Origin: Terrimicrobiaceae bacterium
GTDB lineage: Bacteria; Verrucomicrobiota; Verrucomicrobiia; Chthoniobacterales; Terrimicrobiaceae
DNA length: 64,000 nucleotides
Assembly (NCBI GenBank): GCA_041752695.1
Contig: JBGSVZ010000113.1
Location: forward strand, 1 to 64,000
Direction of reading: 5' to 3'
The position numbers were made by a program, and so were the translations under genes. Under the pieces are notes generated by a model, which saw nothing but the letters and a program-made list of their open reading frames with translations, was not told the DNA's origin and did no database searches. Each line of letters opens with the position of its first letter. Position 1 is the first letter of the stretch. Positions 19,873 through 28,703 of this stretch are shown here, piece by piece.

Positions 19873-22800
19873 TCAAGGCATGTCCGACAAAACCAGTGCT
19901 AGGGCATAAACGGCAAAACCGTCGCTTGCTTCAGAACACATCACCTCCACGGGCAGCGCGCCGTCCTTGCAGGCGTTCAGGAGAACTTTTGGCGATTCAC
20001 TCAGAGGAATTTCCACCACAATATGTTGGCCATCGTTCGATGTAGTGGCCGGAATTCTCACCGTCATGTCACCAACCTTCACCGTGGCTTCCCCGGTTTG
20101 GACATCACGGAAAATGATGCGAAGGCGACCGGAGGTCGCTTTCTCCAACGAAGGCATCGGTAGTTTGATTTTTCCCTTCATGGTTTTCCCCGGTGGAACA
20201 TCGGCCACAACGATGTCGGAGAAGAAACGCTGGGTGATTCGGGACTGTGTAGGCTCAGGAACCCCGGTCACCTCAACCTTCACGATCTCCAGTGGCTGGA
20301 CCGGCTCGGTTAGCTCGAGCAAGCTCTCCTTGAGCGATGATGCGAGGGGCACAATGCCGAAACCCGATTGGTCCTCACTAATGCAAAGCCCGGAGACTTC
20401 CGGCTTCGCAGAAGGGGGAACACCATTTAACGCAACCTTGATGCGACGGGGGAACGGAGAGTCGTTGACGATCAGCAACGTAAGCCGACCGTTTTCCCAT
20501 GTCGCCACAGGAAGAGCCTTCGATTCGTCCGTAGCCGTAACCACCAGCGTCCCGCGCAGGGCCGCCGTATGGCGATACATAAGAAACTCCCCCTCGTTCT
20601 TAAACCATCCTCGGCCCCACAGCGCGTGGATCGCCCGTCCGACGGCGACATCCCGTGAGCACAGGATCATCTCCAAAATATCCCGGTAGTTGTAGTAAGC
20701 GCGGTTGCGATCGGTGAAGGCCTTTGCCGCCTCGGCGGAGCGCTTGTCGCCCGGTGCGACATCGTCGAGATCGTTCGCTTCGGTGTTCCAAACCGGCCAG
20801 GACTTGCCGTATTTGGCGAGTGACCAAGCCGTCACGATCTCATAGTCGGCCGCATAGCGCGCGGGATTCCCGCTATAGTGGTGCTCGGTGAGAAAATCGA
20901 TGTTATCCGTCGATCCCGCCAGAAAATGATCCACATAGTTCGTGAGCTGCGAGCAGAAGTCGTCGCCGAACGAGCCGGATGACATCCCGCCGATTTGCAC
21001 ATGGGGATTTGTTTCCCTCAGCCCTTCCGACGCCGCGTTGAAGAATTTGGAATACATCTCTCCGCCGAGCTTTCCGGGCATAAACGTGAACTGGGTGGGG
21101 TCATCCCACGCTTTCCTGCCCCGGTTTCCCCCGCGATCTCCCGGGCCTGCGCTGAGCGTGCTGCTGCCGCGGTTGATGTGCCTCGCCCACATGAACGGTT
21201 CATTCCAGAACTCAATCCTGCGCATCGTATTTTCGGGCTTGTCTGGCGTCCAGGCCATGTCTCCCACCTGACGAAACATCCCGCGAACGCCCTCCGCATA
21301 GGCGTCCGGATCCATATCCATCCAGCGTGGACGCGCCCAGAGATTTTCATTGGTCAGGGTGGTCATGATCTCATCCATCGCATCCGCTTTTCTCGCGATA
21401 GATGCCGGGAAAAGGTGGACCTGTCCGGCCCCGGTTTCCGCCGAGAAGTTCGTGTGGTCGAGCGGCCGCAGGGAACCCGGGCGGCAAAGCTCCAGCAGCT
21501 CCATTCCGTCACCATCAACCGGAGGGGCTTCAAACCAGGCAGGGGCTGCGTCTGTGCTTTGGAAGGAAGGATTCGCCAGGTGGTATCCGAACAGCCCCTT
21601 CGGCACGGTTGCCACGCCACCAAAATCGTCTCGCACCCCGGCATCGACTGTCACCACCACCGGTTCGGGAGGGGCCTCACCCGCGCCCAATTTTGCATGC
21701 CGAACAGCCGCCAATTCGATCGCCTCGAACTCGACGGTTCCGACGCCAAACGGATTCGCCACCCCAATGGCCACAGCGTCAATGGCCGAGAGATCCAGCC
21801 GGTTTTTTTCATTGGGTCCGCCCCCAATTCCCGGATTCGGCGGCCCACGGAAAAAGAACGCAAAGTCGGCAATGAATTCCTGGCGGCCCCCGAGCAGGGG
21901 AGTCACGGTGCGACAGGAATACCAGGAACCGCCTTTCATCCGAATCGCGACCGCAATCCCCACAGGAGCCGGACCGCTCCAGCTTTTGCCCGCCATTGGT
22001 TTCGCCGAAGAAACCACCAGCCGAACCCCATTAAATTTGCTCAAATCCAAGGGTTCTGCGAGCTGCTTCACGACCCATTCCGACTCTTCGGCGGAGACGC
22101 GCTTCGGCGCACTGAACGCCGTCACCTTGAGTCCGGCTGATCCCTGTTCCAGGTTCACGGCCTGCACGGGAAAAAATGTGCCGACGTTGGGGCGCAGTCG
22201 ATAGCAACCGCGGGCGCCCGATATTTTTCCCTCGAGCTCGAGTGTTCGATCCGCGCGCCTTTCGATGGACTTCCAAGTGCCTGTCACCTTGTTTCCACTT
22301 GGCTGGCTCTTGTCCGAGCGCCATGGCGGAATGCTGGGATCGCTATCCGGAGTGTAACCGAAAGTCTCCGGCTTGATGTCGAGATCGAGCCGGATCAAAA
22401 GCTCCAACTGCCGCGCTTCGGCACGGTTGGGCTCCTTGATGGATGCGGGAAAAATGACCGAACCCGTCACGTGCCCGGCATCGAACTTCAGAGGATCTTT
22501 CGGGTCTTCGCGAAGGGGCCCCTTAAACCCGATGCGGTTGACACCCAAAAAACTGATCTCGCCGTGAGAGGCCGGGAAGTCAAATTTCCCATCGCGAAGC
22601 GGCAACACGAGAATGACATTTCCAAATCCTGTCACCTCAACCTGCCGCACTCCCCCTCCGCCCTTGATTCCCTGCTTCTCGATATCGGTCAGCGTGATGC
22701 CTTCGCGAAGGATCAAACGAAGTTCGCGGGGCGCATCAGACTTGAAGTCAGCTTGGAAATCCGCCAGAGGCTGACTCTCCGACACCGGATCAAGAAGCTG

Positions 22801-22887
22801 CGAAACCGGGCCCGCAAATGGCTCGGACGCAGACATCCACGGCACCAAAAGGACGCAGGAAAAGAAAGGGAGGAGATCGTGACGCAC
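19873..22887 (-). CDS. Secreted clan GH-A glycoside hydrolase (GH39-like) with N-terminal CBM-like domain
   Basis: IEFWNEP acid/base and WNTEAN nucleophile motifs; FLTEHHY; signal peptide; GTG start. Confidence 0.65.
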   Translation of the reverse strand: MRHDLLPFFSCVLLVPWMSASEPFAGPVSQLLDPVSESQPLADFQADFKSDAPRELRLILREGITLTDIEKQGIKGGGGVRQVEVTGFGNVILVLPLRDGKFDFPASHGEISFLGVNRIGFKGPLREDPKDPLKFDAGHVTGSVIFPASIKEPNRAEARQLELLIRLDLDIKPETFGYTPDSDPSIPPWRSDKSQPSGNKVTGTWKSIERRADRTLELEGKISGARGCYRLRPNVGTFFPVQAVNLEQGSAGLKVTAFSAPKRVSAEESEWVVKQLAEPLDLSKFNGVRLVVSSAKPMAGKSWSGPAPVGIAVAIRMKGGSWYSCRTVTPLLGGRQEFIADFAFFFRGPPNPGIGGGPNEKNRLDLSAIDAVAIGVANPFGVGTVEFEAIELAAVRHAKLGAGEAPPEPVVVTVDAGVRDDFGGVATVPKGLFGYHLANPSFQSTDAAPAWFEAPPVDGDGMELLELCRPGSLRPLDHTNFSAETGAGQVHLFPASIARKADAMDEIMTTLTNENLWARPRWMDMDPDAYAEGVRGMFRQVGDMAWTPDKPENTMRRIEFWNEPFMWARHINRGSSTLSAGPGDRGGNRGRKAWDDPTQFTFMPGKLGGEMYSKFFNAASEGLRETNPHVQIGGMSSGSFGDDFCSQLTNYVDHFLAGSTDNIDFLTEHHYSGNPARYAADYEIVTAWSLAKYGKSWPVWNTEANDLDDVAPGDKRSAEAAKAFTDRNRAYYNYRDILEMILCSRDVAVGRAIHALWGRGWFKNEGEFLMYRHTAALRGTLVVTATDESKALPVATWENGRLTLLIVNDSPFPRRIKVALNGVPPSAKPEVSGLCISEDQSGFGIVPLASSLKESLLELTEPVQPLEIVKVEVTGVPEPTQSRITQRFFSDIVVADVPPGKTMKGKIKLPMPSLEKATSGRLRIIFRDVQTGEATVKVGDMTVRIPATTSNDGQHIVVEIPLSESPKVLLNACKDGALPVEVMCSEASDGFAVYALALVLSDMP

Positions 22888-22893
22888 TGAAAT

Positions 22894-22955
22894 AACCTAG
22901 CGGTCGTCAGTCCTTGATCAACCGGACATTGCGAATCGTAATGCCCTCAATTGCG
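22894..22955 (-). promoter_or_regulatory. Promoter TTGATC-16-TAGGTT with CGCAA-N17-CGCAA operator (22929-22955)
   Basis: -10 lies 6 nt before the GTG start; operator cgcaa-ttgagggcattacgatt-cgcaa. Confidence 0.7.
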
Positions 22956-22962
22956 GCAGCAA

Positions 22963-24801
22963 TCAATCGGAGACCGACGCGGGAGTTTTGCAAAATCCGC
23001 TGAACCGGCCGGCTAGTGTCGCTGGCAGGGCCAATCCAAATGGCCGCTCCCACAACTCCCCGTCAGCGATCAAGTCGAGTCTGTCGGGAGCCGCGAGATG
23101 GATTTGGCCGCCCCTGCCTGGAGTGACACGAAAGCCCGAAAGGATGTTCAGCGACGGCCCCGCGAACCGGGCCACCAGGACGGGGCGCCCCGGATAATAG
23201 CGGGTCTCGCCGCTTGCAAACGTGCGCTGGCTTGCAGGAATCTCGCGGATTTCCATTGCCTCCGGAGCATCGAGCAGGAACGCCCCTTCGAACACTGCTC
23301 CGTCGGGAGCCGAAAGACGGAAACGGTCTCCATGCAGTTCGCAGACGAGCTCAGGAGAAAAGGTTATACACCAGTCCCAATGGCGGTCAGAGCGGTGGTC
23401 GTCCACGACGTCCAGCACCGCTAGAAAGCCGGTGCCCTCCGGCTTCAGCGCGACATAGCGCTCGCTATAGGCCGAATGCACCGAGCGCAGATCCATGCCG
23501 AAAACTTTTTCATCCTGTTCGCCCGGGATCCAGACCGGTGCCCCGCATCCGGGTTTGGCGCCGTTGTTGTGATCGGATGGCACGAGACGACTTTGCCAAG
23601 TGGCGTCTCCGCGAGCCTGACCTCCCCCCAGGATCCAGTCCCACCCAAGAGCCGAAAACCGAATCGATCCCGCATCGTGCTGACTATGACCTCCCGCATG
23701 AAACGCCCGCGCATAGGCTCCGGCGACAGCATCCTCCGCACCTTCATAGTGGTTGCGTGCGATCCAAAGTCCGTGCAGCGGATCACAAACCTGCCTCGCT
23801 GCGGCGGCGCGGGTTCTGCCGCCAGCTTCGAGATAATGCACCGCATGGAAAAAGAGGGCGCCGCTGAATTCGTCCACAAAACCATCGGGCCGCAAGTGCC
23901 CCGAAAGCCGGTCCCAGCGGTCCCGGAGGGCGGCCCGCTCCCCGTCCGGCGCAAGGCAGATCGCCAGCAGGGGAGCCGCCCCGGCGAGCAGGCCAAGTCC
24001 GGCGTCGTTCCACGAAAGCATACGGCCCCAGCCGGCCCGTTTGTTGGTTTCATCGGAAAGCGGTGCCCCCTCGATGGCCGCACAAAAAATGAAGGATGCC
24101 ATGCGGGAAAGCCCGGGAGCCTCGGAAACAACATCCTCACCCGAGCGAACCATGCGAAGATGAACGGCAGGCAAGAGATTCGCGCAGGTGTAGCCCATGT
24201 AGCCAAGCCCCTCGTGGAAGGCGCCCGCTGGGCCGAAGTGCCGCAGGAACGCACGAATCCTCCCCCAGGCCCAGTCTTCGATCTCAGCCGGGGTGCGTCC
24301 CCGGATTGCCTCCGTTTCGCCAAGGACTTGCAGCGCAGCCGCAAGACAGAACATCCCGGAATGCGTGACGGCCCACCAGTTGTTGCCAACCGCATGCGGG
24401 TTGCCGGAGCTGATGTCGAACATGGCCCCCATGAGCTCGCGCATGCAGAGGATTACAGAGGTCCGCTGGGCATCCGTCCAAATCCCGTTGAGACAATCCG
24501 ACATGGCTGCCCCTACGAGCGCAACATGGGCCTTGTGAAGATCCTCGGCCCCCGTCGCTCCGCGAGCAACTTCGCACCACAGTTCCACTGCGGCGATGGC
24601 CCGAGAAGGGTTGGAATTTAGAAACGCATCCAGCGCAAGCCGGATGACCAATTCTGGATCGGAAGCCCCCCCCGCATCCCCTTCGGAATTTGCCGCAGCG
24701 GTTTGAGCCAACGGAACAATCCACGGCTCGGCCGCGCGATGCGTTTCGAGCAAAGTGGACCGCCTGGAGGGATCAAGCCAGAGACGACATTCGTTCATCA
24801 A
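22963..24801 (-). CDS. Cytoplasmic heparinase II/III-like (oligosaccharide lyase) protein
   Basis: NNWWAV, GAFHEGLGYMGY and GHSQHDAGSI motifs; no signal peptide. Confidence 0.7.
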   Translation of the reverse strand: MMNECRLWLDPSRRSTLLETHRAAEPWIVPLAQTAAANSEGDAGGASDPELVIRLALDAFLNSNPSRAIAAVELWCEVARGATGAEDLHKAHVALVGAAMSDCLNGIWTDAQRTSVILCMRELMGAMFDISSGNPHAVGNNWWAVTHSGMFCLAAALQVLGETEAIRGRTPAEIEDWAWGRIRAFLRHFGPAGAFHEGLGYMGYTCANLLPAVHLRMVRSGEDVVSEAPGLSRMASFIFCAAIEGAPLSDETNKRAGWGRMLSWNDAGLGLLAGAAPLLAICLAPDGERAALRDRWDRLSGHLRPDGFVDEFSGALFFHAVHYLEAGGRTRAAAARQVCDPLHGLWIARNHYEGAEDAVAGAYARAFHAGGHSQHDAGSIRFSALGWDWILGGGQARGDATWQSRLVPSDHNNGAKPGCGAPVWIPGEQDEKVFGMDLRSVHSAYSERYVALKPEGTGFLAVLDVVDDHRSDRHWDWCITFSPELVCELHGDRFRLSAPDGAVFEGAFLLDAPEAMEIREIPASQRTFASGETRYYPGRPVLVARFAGPSLNILSGFRVTPGRGGQIHLAAPDRLDLIADGELWERPFGLALPATLAGRFSGFCKTPASVSD

Positions 24802-24905
24802 TGCATTCCTATCTCAGTTGGGGACAGGTATCCAGCACGCACCCGAATCCACTCGTCCCTGCGGAGGAAGGGGGAACCCGTTTCGAGGTCGCTGGTTTCT
24901 CAAGT

Positions 24906-26063
24906 TTAAACCAACGATGTACTCGGCGCCATTTCCTTCCGAAACACCGGCAAAGGTGGGTCGCCAGTTTCAGACTCTGCATCGCTGCAGCCAAGAAAAC
25001 GCTCGAGTTCCCGCACTGGGGAAGCCCGCAGCGACTCGGTGATTTCCAGCAACCGAATCACTTCCGTTTCCGTCACCGGCGCGGGATCGCCCTGGTTCAG
25101 GTGCTTGGCCAGTTCCTCGTAAAAAAAGATCGAATTGTCCCGGTATTGGGCAGGAAACTCCTCTTCGACCCACCCCAGGTCCTCCTTGACCCCATAGGTG
25201 CCGTCCGAAGCCCCGGTATGAGCGGAAATCGGAGTCAGGCAGGCTGGATCGCAGCGCCGGACGGAGATTTTATCTTTGTCGTAAATTGCGGTGCCGGTTT
25301 GCCCAATGACCTGCCAACGTGGCAAACCCCGGGCCACGCAGTTGAAATACTCCACCGAAACCAGCGACCCATCAGGGCATTTGAGAAGCAGATAAAAACC
25401 GTCTTCCGAGTCCCCGGGGTTCAGCGCATGCACAAGCTGGACCTGCAGCGCCTCGATTTGCGGACCGAAAAGATAGATGCACCAGTCGAGAATGTGTGCT
25501 CCCCAATTGGACAACGCTCCACCTCCGTGGCTGCGCAGCGTTTGCCAATCCTGCCGCCGGGTGTAGGAATGCAACCGAATTCCGGTATGGACAATTGGCC
25601 CGAGCGAACCGCTCGCGAGAACTGCCCGAATGCCCTGCACGCAGGCATCGTAGCGGCGATTATGAAAAGCACCCACAAAGACACCCGCTCGGCGACCGGC
25701 CTCGAACATTTCCCGGGCCTCAACGCTTCCTGAGGCAAACGGTTTTTCGACGAGAACGTGTTTTCCGGCGTCAATAGCATCCAGGGTCATTCTCGAGTGA
25801 AGTCGTGTCGGCGTGGCGACCACAACGAGATCCACATCCGGGCACTTGAGTAATTCCCGGTAGTCGGAATGATATCTGCATCCGTATTCTGCACCGGCCG
25901 CCACCGCCTCGGACTCGCGGGCATCGGCAACCGCCACAAGCTGAAATCCTTCGATGCCCTGCAGAGGGCGACAATGAAAATGTCGCCCGCTCCTCCCCAA
26001 GCCGATTACTCCCACTCGGATGTCAGCCGAAGGGTTCGAGTTACGGGTCAAAGAACTCAGCAT
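24906..26063 (-). CDS. Gfo/Idh/MocA family oxidoreductase
   Basis: VGVIGLGRSG, GKHVLVEKP, FHNRRYD, GGGALSNWGAHILD. Confidence 0.9.
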   Translation of the reverse strand: MLSSLTRNSNPSADIRVGVIGLGRSGRHFHCRPLQGIEGFQLVAVADARESEAVAAGAEYGCRYHSDYRELLKCPDVDLVVVATPTRLHSRMTLDAIDAGKHVLVEKPFASGSVEAREMFEAGRRAGVFVGAFHNRRYDACVQGIRAVLASGSLGPIVHTGIRLHSYTRRQDWQTLRSHGGGALSNWGAHILDWCIYLFGPQIEALQVQLVHALNPGDSEDGFYLLLKCPDGSLVSVEYFNCVARGLPRWQVIGQTGTAIYDKDKISVRRCDPACLTPISAHTGASDGTYGVKEDLGWVEEEFPAQYRDNSIFFYEELAKHLNQGDPAPVTETEVIRLLEITESLRASPVRELERFLGCSDAESETGDPPLPVFRKEMAPSTSLV

Positions 26064-26071
26064 TTCCGGTA

Positions 26072-26233
26072 ATCTTGATGGAAGCCTGCTACCGCATCAA
26101 CTGGCGTATGCGGCCTGAATGACATGCCTTTGCGACATTGCCTGAATTCCGTCAGAGCTCCAGCTTCGGCCGCAAAATCGACCCAGTGGCTGCGCAACGC
26201 GCCCTGTATTCCCAGAGCGAAACCCGCTAAACT
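26072..26233. promoter_or_regulatory. Divergent promoter region with two CGCAA-N17-CGCA operators (26108-26134 minus; 26171-26197 plus)
   Basis: Minus strand: cgcaa-aggcatgtcattcaggc-cgcat, then TTGATG-17-CAAGAT. Plus strand: cgcaa-aatcgacccagtggctg-cgcaa, then TAAACT 7 nt before ATG 26241. Confidence 0.7.
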
Positions 26234-26240
26234 GCCTAAG

Positions 26241-27263
26241 ATGCTTCCCGAACCGTCCCAAGCCCAAAAACGCTATCTCGACCTCCGATTGGGAATGATG
26301 CTCCACTTCGGAATCAATACCTACTACGGCAGGGAGTGGAGCGACGGCACATTGGACCCCGTCCGATTTGATCCTGCCAACCTCAGCACCGATGCCTGGT
26401 GCGAATCCGCGTGTGCCGCCGGGATGAAGCTCGTCACCCTCACCGCCAAACATCACGATGGTTTCTGCCTCTGGCCATCCGGGCAGACGGACTACACAAC
26501 GATGTCATCACCCTGCCGCCGCGACATCGTCGGAGAGTTGGCGGAAAGTTGCCGGAAATACGGCCTCCGGCTTGCGCTGTATTATTCGCTCTGGGACCGG
26601 CATCAGGATGTCGGTGACGATGCGGCGTATGCGGAATTCATGCTGAGCCAACTCGAAGAACTTTTTACCCACTACGGCGATGTGACGATGCTCTGGCTCG
26701 ACGGCGTCTGGTTCAAGCTCACCGAGCGCCCACCCACGCTCGACGAAATGGAGAACATCCACAAAATCTTCCCCGGCGCAAAGGTGGAGGAATTCCTCGC
26801 CGCTTGGCACACGACCGGTCGCCAGCGCTGGCATTTCGACCGGCTCTACGCACAGGTCAAATCCTGGCAGCCCGATTGCCTTATAATGAACAACACGACA
26901 ACCGAATTCCCCGGCCTTCCGCTTTTTCCCGTGGATGCCCGCTGCGGAGAAAAAGCGACAGCGCTCGGAGGAGACCGCAAGGTCTGGACGTTCGAGGGGC
27001 GCGAGGTTTATCTCCCGCTCCAAATTGAAACCACACTCTCACAATGGGGACCTCCCGGACCATTTGCCAGCGGCGGTTGGTTCTGGCACGAGGGCGATCA
27101 TTCCTGTGCCACGGTTGAGCAGCTCGCGGCGTGGAAAGGGAAAGCTTCCGAGCTTGATGCGGTTCTCCTGCTCAACTCCGGCGTCATGGCGAGTGGTGAA
27201 CTCCGTCCCGAAGAACGGGCTCTTCACCGGGCACTCGGGGAGGCCCGAGCAGATTTCCCATGA
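26241..27263 (+). CDS. Alpha-L-fucosidase, GH29
   Basis: GMMLHFGINTY, LTAKHHDGFCLWPS, YYSLWD, LWLDG. Confidence 0.92.
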   Translation: MLPEPSQAQKRYLDLRLGMMLHFGINTYYGREWSDGTLDPVRFDPANLSTDAWCESACAAGMKLVTLTAKHHDGFCLWPSGQTDYTTMSSPCRRDIVGELAESCRKYGLRLALYYSLWDRHQDVGDDAAYAEFMLSQLEELFTHYGDVTMLWLDGVWFKLTERPPTLDEMENIHKIFPGAKVEEFLAAWHTTGRQRWHFDRLYAQVKSWQPDCLIMNNTTTEFPGLPLFPVDARCGEKATALGGDRKVWTFEGREVYLPLQIETTLSQWGPPGPFASGGWFWHEGDHSCATVEQLAAWKGKASELDAVLLLNSGVMASGELRPEERALHRALGEARADFP

Positions 27264-27290
27264 CCCACGCCTCGTGATGATATCCTGTCT

Positions 27291-28670
27291 TTGAAATCAC
27301 TCGCCGCAGCACTCGCTTTTTGTTCCATGACTTCGCTCGCCTCAGAGCATCCGGTTACACTTGCACCCGATGGGGCCTGGACGTGGTTCAATGATCCACG
27401 CGCCATTTTCGTAAATGGACTTCTCTATTTCGGCCGTGTAAGGGACGGCGACGGGAGGGCTGTCTTGGAAGTCTTCAACCCCCAGAGCGGCCTCCCGCCC
27501 GCCTTGCTCTGGTCAAGCGGACCATGCGAGCGGGACGACCACAACAATCCGGCAATCCTCGCTCTTGGTGACGGACGCCTCATGGCATTTTATACGAGGC
27601 ACTCGACCGACTCGAAGACCTTCACCTTCCGGATCTCCAAGCCTCCCTCCCCCTCGAATCCTGAAGACTGGGACGGGGAACAAACCTATCGCAGCGAGGA
27701 GCGCATCAGCTACGCCAATCCGATTCAGCTCAAGGGCGAGGCTGGGCGCATCTATAACTTTATGAGGAACCGGAATTACAATCCGACGGTCGTGACAACG
27801 GACGACTTCGGCGGGTCTTGGTCCCCGGCACAAATCCTTATTCAAACCGGATCGGGTGCGAGGCGGCCGTATGTCAAATACGCCTCCAACGGGAACGATC
27901 GCATTGATTTTTTCTACTCTGACGGGCACCCGAGAGACGAGGACAACTCCCTTTATCACGCCTATTACACAAAGGGCGGAATTTATAGGACCGACGGTAC
28001 GTTTCTCAAAAACTTCATCGACGCTCCACTCCTGCACGACGCGGGAGAACGAGGGTCGGTGGTCTATCAATTCAGCACCGAGGCCACCTCCTATCCCGAT
28101 GATCATGTCCCGAACGGGCGGGCCTGGTGCTGGGATCTTGCTTATGACTCAGTGGGGAATCCGGTCGCCGCTTTCTCGGTGCAGCGCGACAACGTCGTCG
28201 GACCCGACTGGTCGGACGACCGGATCTCCTACCACTATGCCCGATGGGTGCCTGGCTCCGGCTGGGAACAGCATTTCATCGCTCACGGCGGACGGCCCCT
28301 CTACGAGGGCGAGGATGACTACGCCGGCGGCATCTGCCTTGATCCCCTGGATCCAAACGTGATTTACCTTTCTTCAAACGCTGCCGAGCCGTTCAACGCC
28401 GGGGCCGGGGATGAACTCCCACTGAAAGAGGGACAGCACTACGAGCTGTATAGAGGCGTAACTTCAGATGGAGGCAAAACTTTCTGCTGGCAGGCCATCT
28501 CAGAAAACTCGTCCGTGGATAACCTTCGGCCGTTTGTTCCCGGAAACCATTCAAGCCACGAAGTCGCCGTAATTTGGTTTGCGGGCCTCTACACCTCCTA
28601 CACATCCTGGGCTACCAGCGTGAAGGGATTGTTCACAAAAGAGCCCCCTAGGGCGTTGGCAACTCCGTGA
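27291..28670 (+). CDS. BNR-4 repeat-containing secreted protein
   Basis: DGAWTWFNDPRA, DDHNNP, RPYVKY, GHPRD, EDDYAGGICLDP. Confidence 0.8.
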   Translation: MKSLAAALAFCSMTSLASEHPVTLAPDGAWTWFNDPRAIFVNGLLYFGRVRDGDGRAVLEVFNPQSGLPPALLWSSGPCERDDHNNPAILALGDGRLMAFYTRHSTDSKTFTFRISKPPSPSNPEDWDGEQTYRSEERISYANPIQLKGEAGRIYNFMRNRNYNPTVVTTDDFGGSWSPAQILIQTGSGARRPYVKYASNGNDRIDFFYSDGHPRDEDNSLYHAYYTKGGIYRTDGTFLKNFIDAPLLHDAGERGSVVYQFSTEATSYPDDHVPNGRAWCWDLAYDSVGNPVAAFSVQRDNVVGPDWSDDRISYHYARWVPGSGWEQHFIAHGGRPLYEGEDDYAGGICLDPLDPNVIYLSSNAAEPFNAGAGDELPLKEGQHYELYRGVTSDGGKTFCWQAISENSSVDNLRPFVPGNHSSHEVAVIWFAGLYTSYTSWATSVKGLFTKEPPRALATP

Positions 28671-28703
28671 GTTGAGTTGCGGGGCTCGCATTTTCGAGAG
28701 ACG

